In this document: one piece after another, positions 45,468-60,296 of the stretch
Layout of the letters: the number at the start of each line of letters is the position of its first letter
How positions within the stretch are numbered: position 1 is the first letter of the stretch
Source of the DNA: a virus
Lineage: Duplodnaviria > Caudoviricetes
Length of the DNA: 64,000 bases
IMG/VR virus record: IMGVR_UViG_3300010311_001094
Coordinates: 29,466-93,465 of that record
Direction: 5' to 3' (one strand)
Position numbers and translations under genes: made by a program
Notes under the pieces: generated by a model
Told to the model about the DNA's origin: nothing
The model's database searches: none
The model's input: the letters and a program-made list of their open reading frames with translations, nothing else

Positions 45468-45840
45468 AGAGCAGTCCCTCCTCATCGTCATCGTAGTCGT
45501 TGTCCGGCTCCTCGGAGTCATCCTCGTAGGTATCGCCCTGCTTTTCCTTACGGAACGGATGGCTGATCTCAAAGAGGATGCCGTCATCATCAACCTTCAG
45601 GTGGAAGATACCGGTATCCAGCTCCATGTTCGGGAGAACTGCAGCCGTGAGCGACATGAACTTGAACATATCCGTGACAGTCTGTGCGACACCTGCCGCC
45701 TGCTTGTCCAGCACCGCTCCGATCTCTTTCAGCGTGTCCTGTCCTTTGATGTCTGCCATGTCAGCGCTCTGCTGCGCCTTGCGGTCATCGGTGCTGATGC
45801 CGCTGCCGTTGTAGCGGTTCTTCGGGATTCTGGTTTCCAT
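45454..45840 (-). CDS. Hypothetical acidic protein
   Basis: AAAGGA RBS; first gene after repeat copy 2. Confidence 0.65.
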   Translation of the reverse strand: METRIPKNRYNGSGISTDDRKAQQSADMADIKGQDTLKEIGAVLDKQAAGVAQTVTDMFKFMSLTAAVLPNMELDTGIFHLKVDDDGILFEISHPFRKEKQGDTYEDDSEEPDNDYDDDEEGLLYDGD

Positions 45841-45930
45841 AGGCTTTTTCCTTTCTGTTGGGTCTTCCGACCAATGTAATGTTGTGCGGCTGCGGTGTGT
45901 CCACAGCCGCTGCTTTGTGGAGACCTTTTC

Positions 45931-45977
45931 ATGAGCCTCTACTATATAGCGTTTCGAGGGGGTGTTTTGTGGGTATC
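45931..45977 (-). promoter_or_regulatory. 47-bp repeat copy 2, putative phage-sigma promoter
   Basis: Between the sigma-like gene stop and the replication operon. Confidence 0.7.
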
Positions 45978-45992
45978 CAAAGAAAAAATTTT

Positions 45993-46742
45993 TTATCGCG
46001 CCTTTTGAATCACCATCTTTGCTTTTTTATTAGCGCCTTCCAGTCGGTCATTAACAGAATCACGGCTGATTCCGATGACTTCAGCGATCTGCTGCTGTGT
46101 CCAGTTATATTTATGATAATAAACAAATACTTCTCTCTGCTTGTCCGTCATTGCAGCAAGTATTTCTTCACGAGTTTCTCTGCGGATGACGGCATCCAAC
46201 GGATCTACCCCAAGCGTCTCATCATCCCAAACGAACCACCTTCCCTCATAATCCGCATCTTCCGCCTCATGCTCCTTATCATCATCTGCCGCATCTGTTT
46301 CTGGCTTAATTTCCGCATTACCAAGCCCACGGTTCAGAGCCTGCGTGATACGCTCCTCGCCAAACAGGGAGACAGTAGTCGTCCACGGCAAAGATACAAG
46401 CGTTTCATTCGGCACATCATCCGTCTCCTTCAGATATTCCTTCTCAGCATCTCGCAGCTTATTGAAGTAATATGTGTAGTTCACACAGTACGGGAGCCAT
46501 ACAACGGAGTGCCTTCCATAGCCATTCTCATAGAGGACATAGCCCGTTTCGTACAGCGTGCAGCCGTTCATTTTTGCAAGGGGCAAACCATCAGCATTCA
46601 TGAGCTTAGCCCTTGTGGGTGTCTTTCCCTGTCTCTTCTGCTTCTGCTCAAGCCCAAGAATAGTGAGCATATCACGCAGAGTGGTCTTGTCCGTGATAAC
46701 AGGGAGTGCAGTAACGTTCTGAGCAATGTTCATGTTTTCCAT
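45993..46742 (-). CDS. Sigma-70 region 4-containing regulator
   Basis: MTDKQREVF...WTQQQIAEVIGISRDSVNDRL. Confidence 0.8.
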   Translation of the reverse strand: MENMNIAQNVTALPVITDKTTLRDMLTILGLEQKQKRQGKTPTRAKLMNADGLPLAKMNGCTLYETGYVLYENGYGRHSVVWLPYCVNYTYYFNKLRDAEKEYLKETDDVPNETLVSLPWTTTVSLFGEERITQALNRGLGNAEIKPETDAADDDKEHEAEDADYEGRWFVWDDETLGVDPLDAVIRRETREEILAAMTDKQREVFVYYHKYNWTQQQIAEVIGISRDSVNDRLEGANKKAKMVIQKAR

Positions 46743-46806
46743 AATTGTTCCTTTCCGCAAGGAACGCATCGGCGGCAGATGCTCACAGCAAAGGCTGCTG
46801 TCCCAT

Positions 46807-46936
46807 AAAAAGGGCACGCAGGCAGCAGATGTTCGTGAGGATACAGTTATCCCTATCATCCCGACTGTATATTCATACCAGTTCGGGAGTAGTTTCTGTA
46901 TTCCTCTGTGAGCATCTGTCCACCAGTGCGCGCCCT
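46807..46936 (-). promoter_or_regulatory. Long leader hairpin ending in a U-tract (attenuator-like)
   Basis: Nested arms AGGGCGCGCA/TGCGTGCCCT, CAGATG/CATCTG, GAGGAATACAG/CTGTATCCTC, then TTTTT. Confidence 0.6.
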
Positions 46937-46966
46937 GACTAACAAATGTAATAGTTTACTTGAAGG

Positions 46967-47380
46967 TTATTCAATCACGCCGTCTGCATTATCAGCGTAG
47001 CAATTATCGGTCGTGTCGCCGTTGCCTGTGTACTTACGGAACCCAGCGGCAGTGAACACAAGCACCGGAATGCCGCACTTCTGTGCTTCCTTGATCTCCG
47101 CAGACATTCCGCTGCTGATGCGGGGAGAAATGACCCAGAGCTGAGAGCAGCATCTGAGCAGCTCCAGTCCCATGTCCATCCCCATCTTTCTCTCGGAAGC
47201 CATTTCATCGCTGAGAAACTGCGGGAAGTAGATATGAGGTGCGACCGGGATGAAGCCGCGGTATGCCGCAAGCGTGCAGGCATCGCAGGCAAGCCGGATG
47301 TTGTTGTTCAGCTCATCGGATCGGTCTGCTTCCACAGAAGAGATCGGGCGGAGGGGTGAGCAGATATATACGAGTTTCAT
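46967..47380 (-). CDS. DUF4406/nucleoside deoxyribosyltransferase-like protein
   Basis: VYICSP, PVAPH, ER..G, ISSGMSAEI. Confidence 0.75.
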   Translation of the reverse strand: MKLVYICSPLRPISSVEADRSDELNNNIRLACDACTLAAYRGFIPVAPHIYFPQFLSDEMASERKMGMDMGLELLRCCSQLWVISPRISSGMSAEIKEAQKCGIPVLVFTAAGFRKYTGNGDTTDNCYADNADGVIE

Positions 47381-47426
47381 GTTGATTCCTGCCTTTCTTA
47401 TTGGTGTGCATCGGCGCCGCAGCATG

Positions 47427-47559
47427 AAAAAAGCCGGATGCATACGAAGGGAGAACATACAGCTACTAACCATATATCCTGTGTCTATAGGTATAGTTCG
47501 AGCCTATGACTACAAGATGCAGTAGCTTGTATGAACATCCACTGCCGTATGCATCCGGC
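47427..47559 (-). promoter_or_regulatory. Long leader hairpin ending in a U-tract (attenuator-like)
   Basis: Perfect 14-bp arms GCCGGATGCATACG/CGTATGCATCCGGC, inner CATACAAGCTACT/AGTAGCTGTATG, then T6. Confidence 0.62.
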
Positions 47560-47640
47560 GTGAAGTGTTGATTTCAGTCTTTGGAAGGTGGCGCCTGTCC
47601 TTGACTGTGTTTATATCATACCAGAAAAAGAAGCATAGAA

Positions 47641-47889
47641 ACAGCCCCATAAGGGGGTGGAGGTTTTTCAGCGTTTATTATCATTTATTTATGAAAGTGG
47701 CTGTAAAACCAGCTTTCACTCTGTCTTGGATAGTGCAATATGAATAAATTGAGGTAGATTTCAGCCTTACAACTCCACCCCCTTATGGGGTGGAACGCTC
47801 CAAAAATTTTTTGAAAAGGGAAAAATCCACCCTCTTAAGGGGTGGAATAGCAGCAAAAGCGGTCGTCTTTCACCCCAATACGGGGTGTA
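47641..47889. promoter_or_regulatory. Four 21-bp palindromic operators, TCCACCCC-N5-GGGGTGGA
   Basis: Copies at 47641, 47774, 47826 and 47869, upstream of the early operon. Confidence 0.75.
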
Positions 47890-47923
47890 AAAAAAAGACG
47901 GCTGGATCTCTCCAACCGTCTTG
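47889..47923 (-). terminator. Rho-independent terminator of the 765-aa regulator gene
   Basis: AAGACGGTTGGA/TCCAGCCGTCTT stem followed by a long T-run on the minus strand. Confidence 0.75.
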
Positions 47924-47936
47924 TGCGTATTCAGTT

Positions 47937-50234
47937 TTACATTCGTTGAGACTGGATGCGGCTGTCACGCTTCCTTGTGATTTTCCCGTTTCGCAGTTTC
48001 CGACCTTGTGCGATCTCCTCATCGCTTCTGCCGAGAAGCGGCGGCAGATGAAAATGCGCCGCCATTGCGTTGCAGTCCTCTAAAGAGCGCATATACATGA
48101 AAGTAACGATGAAGTCGAGATGTTTCATCTGGTCACGTGAAAACTCCAGGGAGCAGTTTGCTTTGTTCATCATATCCTTGGTGTAGTATCCGGGAAGTTT
48201 CAGGATCCTTCCCACACTCGCAAAGAAGATCCTGCTCGGCTCAAACAGCAGACTGTGTTCATAATCTCTCAGGGTATCCGGCTTGATGCCCAATGCCCAT
48301 GCCAGATCGTCCTGTGACATTCCTTTCTTTTCACGGTGGAAGACAAGCGTTTCCCCATATGATGCAGGCAGATCGGCACATTTCTCCTCTATGTCAGCCT
48401 GTGATTCTATCAGCATCTCAATGGGAATATTTGAAAGTGCCGCTGCAATGGGATCACCAATATCACTGTCACTGTGCAGCCCGGTCTTATCAAAGTAGCT
48501 TGTCTTGCTCTTATACTCGATGCGGAAACTCAGACAGCACTTGTCGATCTGGCTTAACGCTGTACTTGTCAAATGCTTTTCGCCGTCCCGAATCTCGATG
48601 AACTCAGGACTGTCGATGCAGAAAAAGTTATCCACAAAGACAAATTTGCCGCTGTTCAGAACTCGGTTGAACCGCTCGTCCTCGGCGTACAGTCTTGCAG
48701 CATCAATTGTGCTGATCACATAGGATATATTACGCGGATGCACGCCGGTACTTGTCTGATGTGCGGGTGCATACTTGCCGTCCACAAACACCATTGTACC
48801 TCTTGCGTCCTCATAGCCGACCTCAATCATGCGGATCTTTGCCATTTCCTTGCTGACATGAAATGTCAGAGCGAGATCGTTGATGACAAGAGCAGTAATA
48901 TCTTGTTCTGACATCATACGGTTTTCTCTGCGGCAGCGCTTGTACAGTTCCTGCACTTTCTTCCGGACAAGACTTCTGGGCATACGCCTGCGGACAGTAC
49001 CCATACGAGCCTGCCATTCGACCCAGTCGATCTCGTCCCGTATCGATGATCTGCTGCTCTGGTCGCCGGAAGCCGCTAATTCAGCGTAATACTCCCGTTC
49101 TTCTTCATAGGAATCATAATCTTCACCTGTCATATTCAGTGCGGTGAATCTTGTGCGCTGATGATTCTGTAGCAGCAGGAAGCGTGCATGGATCTCAATA
49201 TGAAAGCACTCGTGAGAGATACCGTTCTGCTCCTTTGACTCGGTATCACATACCATCGGATCAATAAGGATAGTTGGTTTATCAAACTTCAGCGATACCT
49301 TGCGATGCTTTTTCAGTTCCTGAAGGCTGACAGTATCAGAGCCGGAATCAGAGTACAGATCGAGTCCCTCCAGCATGAGCTGACCGTTCTGAATACAGGG
49401 ATACGGTCTGTTTTCACCATAATATTCGTAAACACGGGTGACCTTTCCGGGAAGACACAGCTTGCTTGCTATCCTGCCTCTGAGACTCAGCTTTGCATAT
49501 CGGATTTCTGCGCCAAGTTTCTCCGCATACTCCCACATATCCACAAAGCCCTTTTCGATGATAGAATCCATCATACCATGCTGAATCAGCCGCTGCTCTG
49601 CATCCTGCTCGATCTGCTCAAGGGATATTACACCGACCAGGCAGTCTGTCAGCTTGATGCCCTTGAGATTGCCTTTCCTGTTATAAACAGAAATTTCCGG
49701 GTCGGGATACCAACCGATGCAATCATCCTGAAAACGTAGTGCATCCTCACGAGTGCGGATTCTGAACCATTGTTTTCGCTTTTCAGTGCTTCTGCATCTG
49801 TCAGTATAGTAGTCATATGACGACTGCATTGCCTCTGTCAGCGTTTGCCCGCTCCTGCACCCGATCAACTGCATGATCATAGCATGATTCGGGGTCGAAA
49901 TTTCAAGATCAGCGATCACGATCACATCAAGATAGAATGCGGTATCGCTCCCATCTGCACAAGCACAGTCAATTCGCTTCAGTGTGATACCGGTCAGCTC
50001 TACTTTTGCATCATCGGGCAGCGGCTCTCCTCTCAGTTTCAGTGCGACTGCACCGTTTTGGATCGTTCCGGCAAGACACTGGCGGTAGTTGGTCCAGCGT
50101 GCTGTTACCACATCAGATACAGACTCATATGTTCCGGGACTGACATTCTCCAGCTCCCAGTCCTCGATGATCTCGGCTTCACCATCCTCCGGGATGAAGC
50201 CCATACCATTAGAATTCTTATACCAAAATGCCAT
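47937..50234 (-). CDS. ImmA/IrrE-type metallopeptidase domain plus C-terminal Xre HTH, 765 aa
   Basis: SHECFH (HExxH), EWQA, LALTFHVSKEMAKIRM; REKKGMSQDDLAWALGI. Confidence 0.75.
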   Translation of the reverse strand: MAFWYKNSNGMGFIPEDGEAEIIEDWELENVSPGTYESVSDVVTARWTNYRQCLAGTIQNGAVALKLRGEPLPDDAKVELTGITLKRIDCACADGSDTAFYLDVIVIADLEISTPNHAMIMQLIGCRSGQTLTEAMQSSYDYYTDRCRSTEKRKQWFRIRTREDALRFQDDCIGWYPDPEISVYNRKGNLKGIKLTDCLVGVISLEQIEQDAEQRLIQHGMMDSIIEKGFVDMWEYAEKLGAEIRYAKLSLRGRIASKLCLPGKVTRVYEYYGENRPYPCIQNGQLMLEGLDLYSDSGSDTVSLQELKKHRKVSLKFDKPTILIDPMVCDTESKEQNGISHECFHIEIHARFLLLQNHQRTRFTALNMTGEDYDSYEEEREYYAELAASGDQSSRSSIRDEIDWVEWQARMGTVRRRMPRSLVRKKVQELYKRCRRENRMMSEQDITALVINDLALTFHVSKEMAKIRMIEVGYEDARGTMVFVDGKYAPAHQTSTGVHPRNISYVISTIDAARLYAEDERFNRVLNSGKFVFVDNFFCIDSPEFIEIRDGEKHLTSTALSQIDKCCLSFRIEYKSKTSYFDKTGLHSDSDIGDPIAAALSNIPIEMLIESQADIEEKCADLPASYGETLVFHREKKGMSQDDLAWALGIKPDTLRDYEHSLLFEPSRIFFASVGRILKLPGYYTKDMMNKANCSLEFSRDQMKHLDFIVTFMYMRSLEDCNAMAAHFHLPPLLGRSDEEIAQGRKLRNGKITRKRDSRIQSQRM

Positions 50235-50441
50235 TGATTTCCTCCAGTATTAAGTCAATAGAGTGTAAATACTTCTTTCTTTTTCGATTTTCTGCGGTTT
50301 TTGATAGGTTCCGCAGACTCACATAACAAATACGTTCGGTGGCGTTTCAGATCATCCATAGAAGCTGTTATTCAGTATCACCCACCACACACCATAAGGC
50401 AGGCTATTGTTGTATCTCTCCTATGAAAAACCTCATCTGCT

Positions 50442-50470
50442 ATTATAGCACATTCTTTGTGGTTTGTAAA
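50442..50470 (-). promoter_or_regulatory. Sigma-A promoter for the 765-aa regulator
   Basis: TTTACA-N17-TATAAT with extended TG. Confidence 0.7.
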
Positions 50471-50494
50471 GACTTGAAAATGAAATTTTGCATC

Positions 50495-50523
50495 TTGACA
50501 AAGCACTAACTATGTGATATAAT
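50495..50523 (+). promoter_or_regulatory. Consensus sigma-A promoter for the Xre/S24-polymerase operon
   Basis: TTGACA-N17-TATAAT. Confidence 0.85.
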
Positions 50524-50655
50524 ACAAGTAAAGAGGGGCTAAAGCATGGATCCTTATAATTTTTAAGCCCCAAAATCAGCGTGCTGCACAAAACCAAGAC
50601 ACAGTCACTGTGCAATATGCTGCTGAATTATCCATTATGAGAAAGGAGTAATCTC

Positions 50656-51579
50656 ATGGCAGAGCAGAATGAACCGAAAAAGGCAAGACCTGTCCGACCA
50701 TATGCAGGCAGACGCAGTATGCAGGATGCTACAAACAGTGATATAGGAAAGAAGATACCTGTTCTTTGCAAACGAATACGGCTTTATCGTGAGAAAAAAG
50801 GGATCGAACAGAAAGAGCTTGCCGCAAAGGTAGGTATCAAGTCCAATGCAGTCAGTAACTGGGAGAACGGCAGAACCAGACCGGATATTGCACTGCTGCC
50901 CCTGATCTGTCAGGTGCTGGAGGTCAGCCTTGACGAGCTTTTTGATATAAAGAAAGCTGATGGTGAACCAATTGACGAGGGGAAGCCAGCTATTATAATG
51001 ACCCAAAATCCAGTTACTGAGGATGATATCCTGCTGGAGGGGTTCCGGCAGCTTTCGGAGGGGCATAGGTCTGTTGTGTCCTCTATGGTGCGACAGTTAT
51101 GTGATATGGAGGATCAGGAGATCTATGACAGCATATCCGAAGAGATATGCTTTACCAAGGGACTCTGTGCAGGCTTTGATGCAGGTGTGGAATACGAGGA
51201 TCAGGGCGAGCCGATACATTTGTATAAAAGCAAGGTGCATCCGCTCATGGACTGCGTGTTCCCGGTCAGCGGAGACAGTATGGAGCCGGATTTCCACAAC
51301 GGTGATCTCGTCATGGTGCAGAGACTTTCTGATCGTTCCGACCTTTATTACGGTGAGATCGGAGCGTTCAGTGTGCGCAATGAAACATATATCAAACAGT
51401 ACAGCAAGAGAGGCTTAGTCTCCCTGAATAAGAAATACAAGCTCATGTGTTTTACTGAAGATGAAAGTGTTTATCTCATAGGCAGGGTCCTCGGCGTGCT
51501 TGATCCCGATGCGATTGTATCCTATGAGGATATGCAGAGATATGAACGGGTAAAGAAAAGACTGGAATCAGAAGATTAA
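50656..51579 (+). CDS. Xre HTH plus S24 peptidase (CI/LexA-like repressor)
   Basis: QKELAAKVGI...SNWENG; AG cleavage site; VSGDSMEP; YIK. Confidence 0.9.
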   Translation: MAEQNEPKKARPVRPYAGRRSMQDATNSDIGKKIPVLCKRIRLYREKKGIEQKELAAKVGIKSNAVSNWENGRTRPDIALLPLICQVLEVSLDELFDIKKADGEPIDEGKPAIIMTQNPVTEDDILLEGFRQLSEGHRSVVSSMVRQLCDMEDQEIYDSISEEICFTKGLCAGFDAGVEYEDQGEPIHLYKSKVHPLMDCVFPVSGDSMEPDFHNGDLVMVQRLSDRSDLYYGEIGAFSVRNETYIKQYSKRGLVSLNKKYKLMCFTEDESVYLIGRVLGVLDPDAIVSYEDMQRYERVKKRLESED

Positions 51580-51611
51580 ACACACTTGCGTTTACATAAG
51601 GGGGCATAGAT

Positions 51612-51902
51612 ATGAAACGGCCTGTTATCCGCATGGAGCGTGTGTATGTGAAGGTCACATCTGACTTTGATGCTACAGGCTTCATGCAGCCAAGAGTTAT
51701 AACATGGGAGGACGGACGAGTGTTCACGATAGAAGCAGTAAAGGATTTCCGTCCTGCCGGTACTCACCATGACAGCTCGACTTGTGATTGCTACACAGTT
51801 GTGATCCACGGAGAGAAAAAGCATTTGTTTTTTGAGCGTACAAGCCGATACCAGAAGAGTTCAATTGGCAGATGGTATGTAGAATGTCCGGTAACTTCGT
51901 AA
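51612..51902 (+). CDS. Small conserved protein of the mutagenesis cassette
   Basis: YVKV..DFD..G...P....WEDG...LFFE...WYVE, directly upstream of the Y-family polymerase. Confidence 0.7.
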   Translation: MKRPVIRMERVYVKVTSDFDATGFMQPRVITWEDGRVFTIEAVKDFRPAGTHHDSSTCDCYTVVIHGEKKHLFFERTSRYQKSSIGRWYVECPVTS

Positions 51903-51929
51903 TATACAGCCTGTCCGGAGGTGAGAGCT

Positions 51930-53519
51930 ATGGAGAAAACATATATTGCAATTGACTTGAAGAGCTTTTATGCATCAGTTGAATGTGTAGACCGGGAATT
52001 TGATCCGCTGACCACACATCTTGTGGTCGCTGACGAGAGCCGCACCTCCAAAACGATCTGTCTTGCGGTCACGCCCTCACTGAAAGCCTACGGTATCTCC
52101 GGACGGGCAAGATTATGGGAAGTAGAAGATGCCGTCAAGAAGATCAATGAGAAACGTTTTACAGCGGCATTTCGCAAGGGTGTATTGCCGAAAAGCGATG
52201 ACGGTAAGTATCATTTTACATCAGAGTCCTTCGATGCGGAGGCACTTGCGAATGATCCTTCTTTGAAGCTCTCTTTCATCATAGCTCCGCCGAGAATGCG
52301 TTTATATGAGGAGATCAGTACAAAAATTTTCTCCATCTATATGCGGTACGTCAGCGCCGAGGATATACATGTTTATTCTATAGACGAGTGTTTTATCGAT
52401 GCGACCGGGTATCTGAACACCTACCACATGACCGCCCACGAGCTTGCAATGACGATGATACGTGAGGTTTTATATGAGACCGGTATCACGGCGACAGCCG
52501 GCATCGGTACGAACCTATACTTAGCCAAGGTCGCAATGGATATCGTTGCAAAGCACGTTCCTGCTGACAAGGACGGTGTCCGTATCGCAGAGCTTGACGA
52601 AAAACGGTACAGAAAGCTGCTCTGGTGTCACACGCCGCTGACGGACTTCTGGGGCTTCGGAGCAGGTACAGCGAAACGTGTCGCAGCCCTTGGCTGTTTC
52701 ACGATGGGCGATATTGCGAGGCTCAGTACACAGAACGAAGATCTGCTATACAAGGCGCTCGGAGTAAAAGCAGAGATCGTGATCGACCATGCATGGGGCT
52801 GGGAGCCGACTGAAATAAAGACTATCAAATCTTACCGTCCCGGCAGCAACTCTCTATCCTCTGGGCAGGTGCTGAAAGAGCCTTATGATTCAGATCATGC
52901 CCGACTCATTGTTAGAGAAATGACCGAACTTTTAGTATTAGATCTGGTGCGGAAGTATGTTGTAACGAAAAAACTCACTCTGACGATTGGATATGACAGA
53001 ACGTCTTTAGAACTGTTATACCGTGGGAAAACCGAGAAGGAAAGTACCTATAAGGTGACGACGACCGGACAGATATACAAGGGCAGAGTTACCAAGGATC
53101 ATTACGGGCGCATCACGCCATATCATGCACACGGCACAGGCAATATCGACCACTGGACATCATCTACAAAAGACATCGTGGATACTATAATGCGGCTCTA
53201 TGACCGGATCATTGACCATGATCTGCTGGTGCGCAGGGTAACGATCGCCGCTTGTGACCTCATCTATGAAAAAGATATCCCGGAAGACACTGCGCCAGTA
53301 CAGCTTGAATTGTTCGTTGACTATGAAGAAGTAGAGAGGCAGCAGGCTGAGAAGAAGCGGAAGGCTGATAAGGAGAAGGCTCTGCAGCGTGCCACATTAT
53401 TATTGCAGGATAAATACGGTAAGAATGCTGTTCTGAAGGGCATGAATTTCATGCAGGGGGCAATGACGATAGAGCGCAACGGTCAGATCGGCGGTCACAA
53501 GGCAGGTGATGGTGAATGA
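51930..53519 (+). CDS. Y-family DNA polymerase (UmuC/UvrX-like)
   Basis: IDLKSFYASVEC, YSIDE, GIG.NLYLAK, QLELF clamp-binding motif, NGQIGGH. Confidence 0.92.
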   Translation: MEKTYIAIDLKSFYASVECVDREFDPLTTHLVVADESRTSKTICLAVTPSLKAYGISGRARLWEVEDAVKKINEKRFTAAFRKGVLPKSDDGKYHFTSESFDAEALANDPSLKLSFIIAPPRMRLYEEISTKIFSIYMRYVSAEDIHVYSIDECFIDATGYLNTYHMTAHELAMTMIREVLYETGITATAGIGTNLYLAKVAMDIVAKHVPADKDGVRIAELDEKRYRKLLWCHTPLTDFWGFGAGTAKRVAALGCFTMGDIARLSTQNEDLLYKALGVKAEIVIDHAWGWEPTEIKTIKSYRPGSNSLSSGQVLKEPYDSDHARLIVREMTELLVLDLVRKYVVTKKLTLTIGYDRTSLELLYRGKTEKESTYKVTTTGQIYKGRVTKDHYGRITPYHAHGTGNIDHWTSSTKDIVDTIMRLYDRIIDHDLLVRRVTIAACDLIYEKDIPEDTAPVQLELFVDYEEVERQQAEKKRKADKEKALQRATLLLQDKYGKNAVLKGMNFMQGAMTIERNGQIGGHKAGDGE

Positions 53520-53998
53520 CAGAGGGAATCAAAAGGGATGAGCCGAATGCACGAGAGGTCTATGCTGATATTATCGACCTTCCGCATTGGCAGTCAGACA
53601 AGCATGAGCATATGTCGCCTTTGGAGCGTGCCGCACAGTTCTCTCCTTTTGCTGCACTGACAGGCTACGAGGATATGATCGATGAGGAAGCAAGAGAGGT
53701 CGGAGCATTTGAGGCGCTGAGTGAAGCAGAGATGGAGATAATGAATGCAAAGATAAACCTGATCATTGATGCTATAGAAGCCGGTCATCATCCAGTGCTG
53801 AAGTTCACCTACTTTATAGCTGATGCAGCGAAAGCCGGCGGCTCGTATGTCAGTATTACGGAAAGAGTGCGGCGGGTGGACACAGTTGACAGAAAGATAC
53901 AGCTTTTCAAGAAAACTGGACTGTCAGGGAGTTACATGGAGCTTGAGATGGCTAAAATAAAGGACATTAGCGGTGAGCTGGTAGATTTTAAAGAATGA
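53516..53998 (+). CDS. YolD-like protein
   Basis: YADIIDLPH...MS..ERAAQFSPFAALTGY, coupled to the polymerase. Confidence 0.82.
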   Translation: MTEGIKRDEPNAREVYADIIDLPHWQSDKHEHMSPLERAAQFSPFAALTGYEDMIDEEAREVGAFEALSEAEMEIMNAKINLIIDAIEAGHHPVLKFTYFIADAAKAGGSYVSITERVRRVDTVDRKIQLFKKTGLSGSYMELEMAKIKDISGELVDFKE

Positions 53999-54011
53999 GG
54001 AGAGATGCATT

Positions 54012-54401
54012 ATGAAAAAACAGGAATATGCAGCCACAGGACACGATTTAACAAATCCGGCGCCATTTAAAAAGTTACGCATTCCGCTTCCTCAAAAACT
54101 GGAAACGGATGCGGAGTTCACTCAACTTTTTCACTGGGCGATATCTGAGTTTCATCATGCTATCAATGCATATGGGATGCGATATGGTTATGCGGATAGG
54201 CAGCGGCTTCTGGTGTATATCATGCAGGCACTGAAGGAGGTCATGCCAAAAGTCAATCCTGAGTACATCGAAAACTTTCCGGAATCTTTAGACGGTATCA
54301 GGTCTCTCGTAGCACAGGTGGTCATCATGTCGATGGATTATACAGGGAAACATCCAGAGGAGGATGGCATCGAAAAAATGTATATGAAGGATGATCAGTA
54401 A
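54012..54401 (+). CDS. Hypothetical protein
   Basis: GAGGAG RBS, 129 aa. Confidence 0.65.
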   Translation: MKKQEYAATGHDLTNPAPFKKLRIPLPQKLETDAEFTQLFHWAISEFHHAINAYGMRYGYADRQRLLVYIMQALKEVMPKVNPEYIENFPESLDGIRSLVAQVVIMSMDYTGKHPEEDGIEKMYMKDDQ

Positions 54402-54417
54402 GACCGGTGGAATCATA

Positions 54418-54460
54418 AAGGCTCTGTGGTTAGATAGGCAGCTCCCGACCACGGAGCCTT
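54418..54460. terminator. Stem-loop ending the mutagenesis operon
   Basis: AAGGCTCTGTGGT/ACCACGGAGCCTT inverted repeat. Confidence 0.55.
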
Positions 54461-54480
54461 GAATATTTACTGTTTACTGC

Positions 54481-54509
54481 TTGAAAATCGAAACAGTTTG
54501 TGTTATAAT
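54481..54509 (+). promoter_or_regulatory. Sigma-A promoter for the hsd operon
   Basis: TTGAAA-N17-TATAAT with extended TG. Confidence 0.75.
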
Positions 54510-54570
54510 GGAAGATGAGATATTGTACATGGATGACGTACCATAGAAATCATGAAGGGAGGCTTATATC

Positions 54571-60221
<5,651 letters not shown>

Positions 60222-60223
60222 TG

Positions 60224-60286
60224 CGCTTCGCCGAGCAAAAGCGCATAGCTGATAAGCTGGACGAGGTGTTGAGTGTACTATTATAG
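60224..60286 (+). pseudogene. Remnant of a second hsdS C-terminus
   Basis: Reads RFAEQKRIADKLDEVLSVLL* immediately after the hsdS stop. Confidence 0.7.
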
Positions 60287-60296
60287 GGGAGGTTCC

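Larger units (their letters stand above)
1..50234 (-). mobile_element. Prophage (HK97-like head, non-contractile tail); left end outside window, right boundary uncertain (cargo may continue to 64000)
   Basis: Co-oriented terminase, portal, protease, capsid, head-tail, tail, tape measure, replication and regulatory genes; no integrase or att site seen in window. Confidence 0.93.

Noticed and set aside
50325-50340. Possible LexA box AACAAATACGTTCG
   Set aside because: Spacing does not fit GAAC-N4-GTTC and it is not at the polymerase operon promoter.
54418-54460. Hairpin as part of a type I toxin-antitoxin locus or riboswitch
   Set aside because: No small hydrophobic ORF or recognisable aptamer nearby; kept only as a terminator-like stem.
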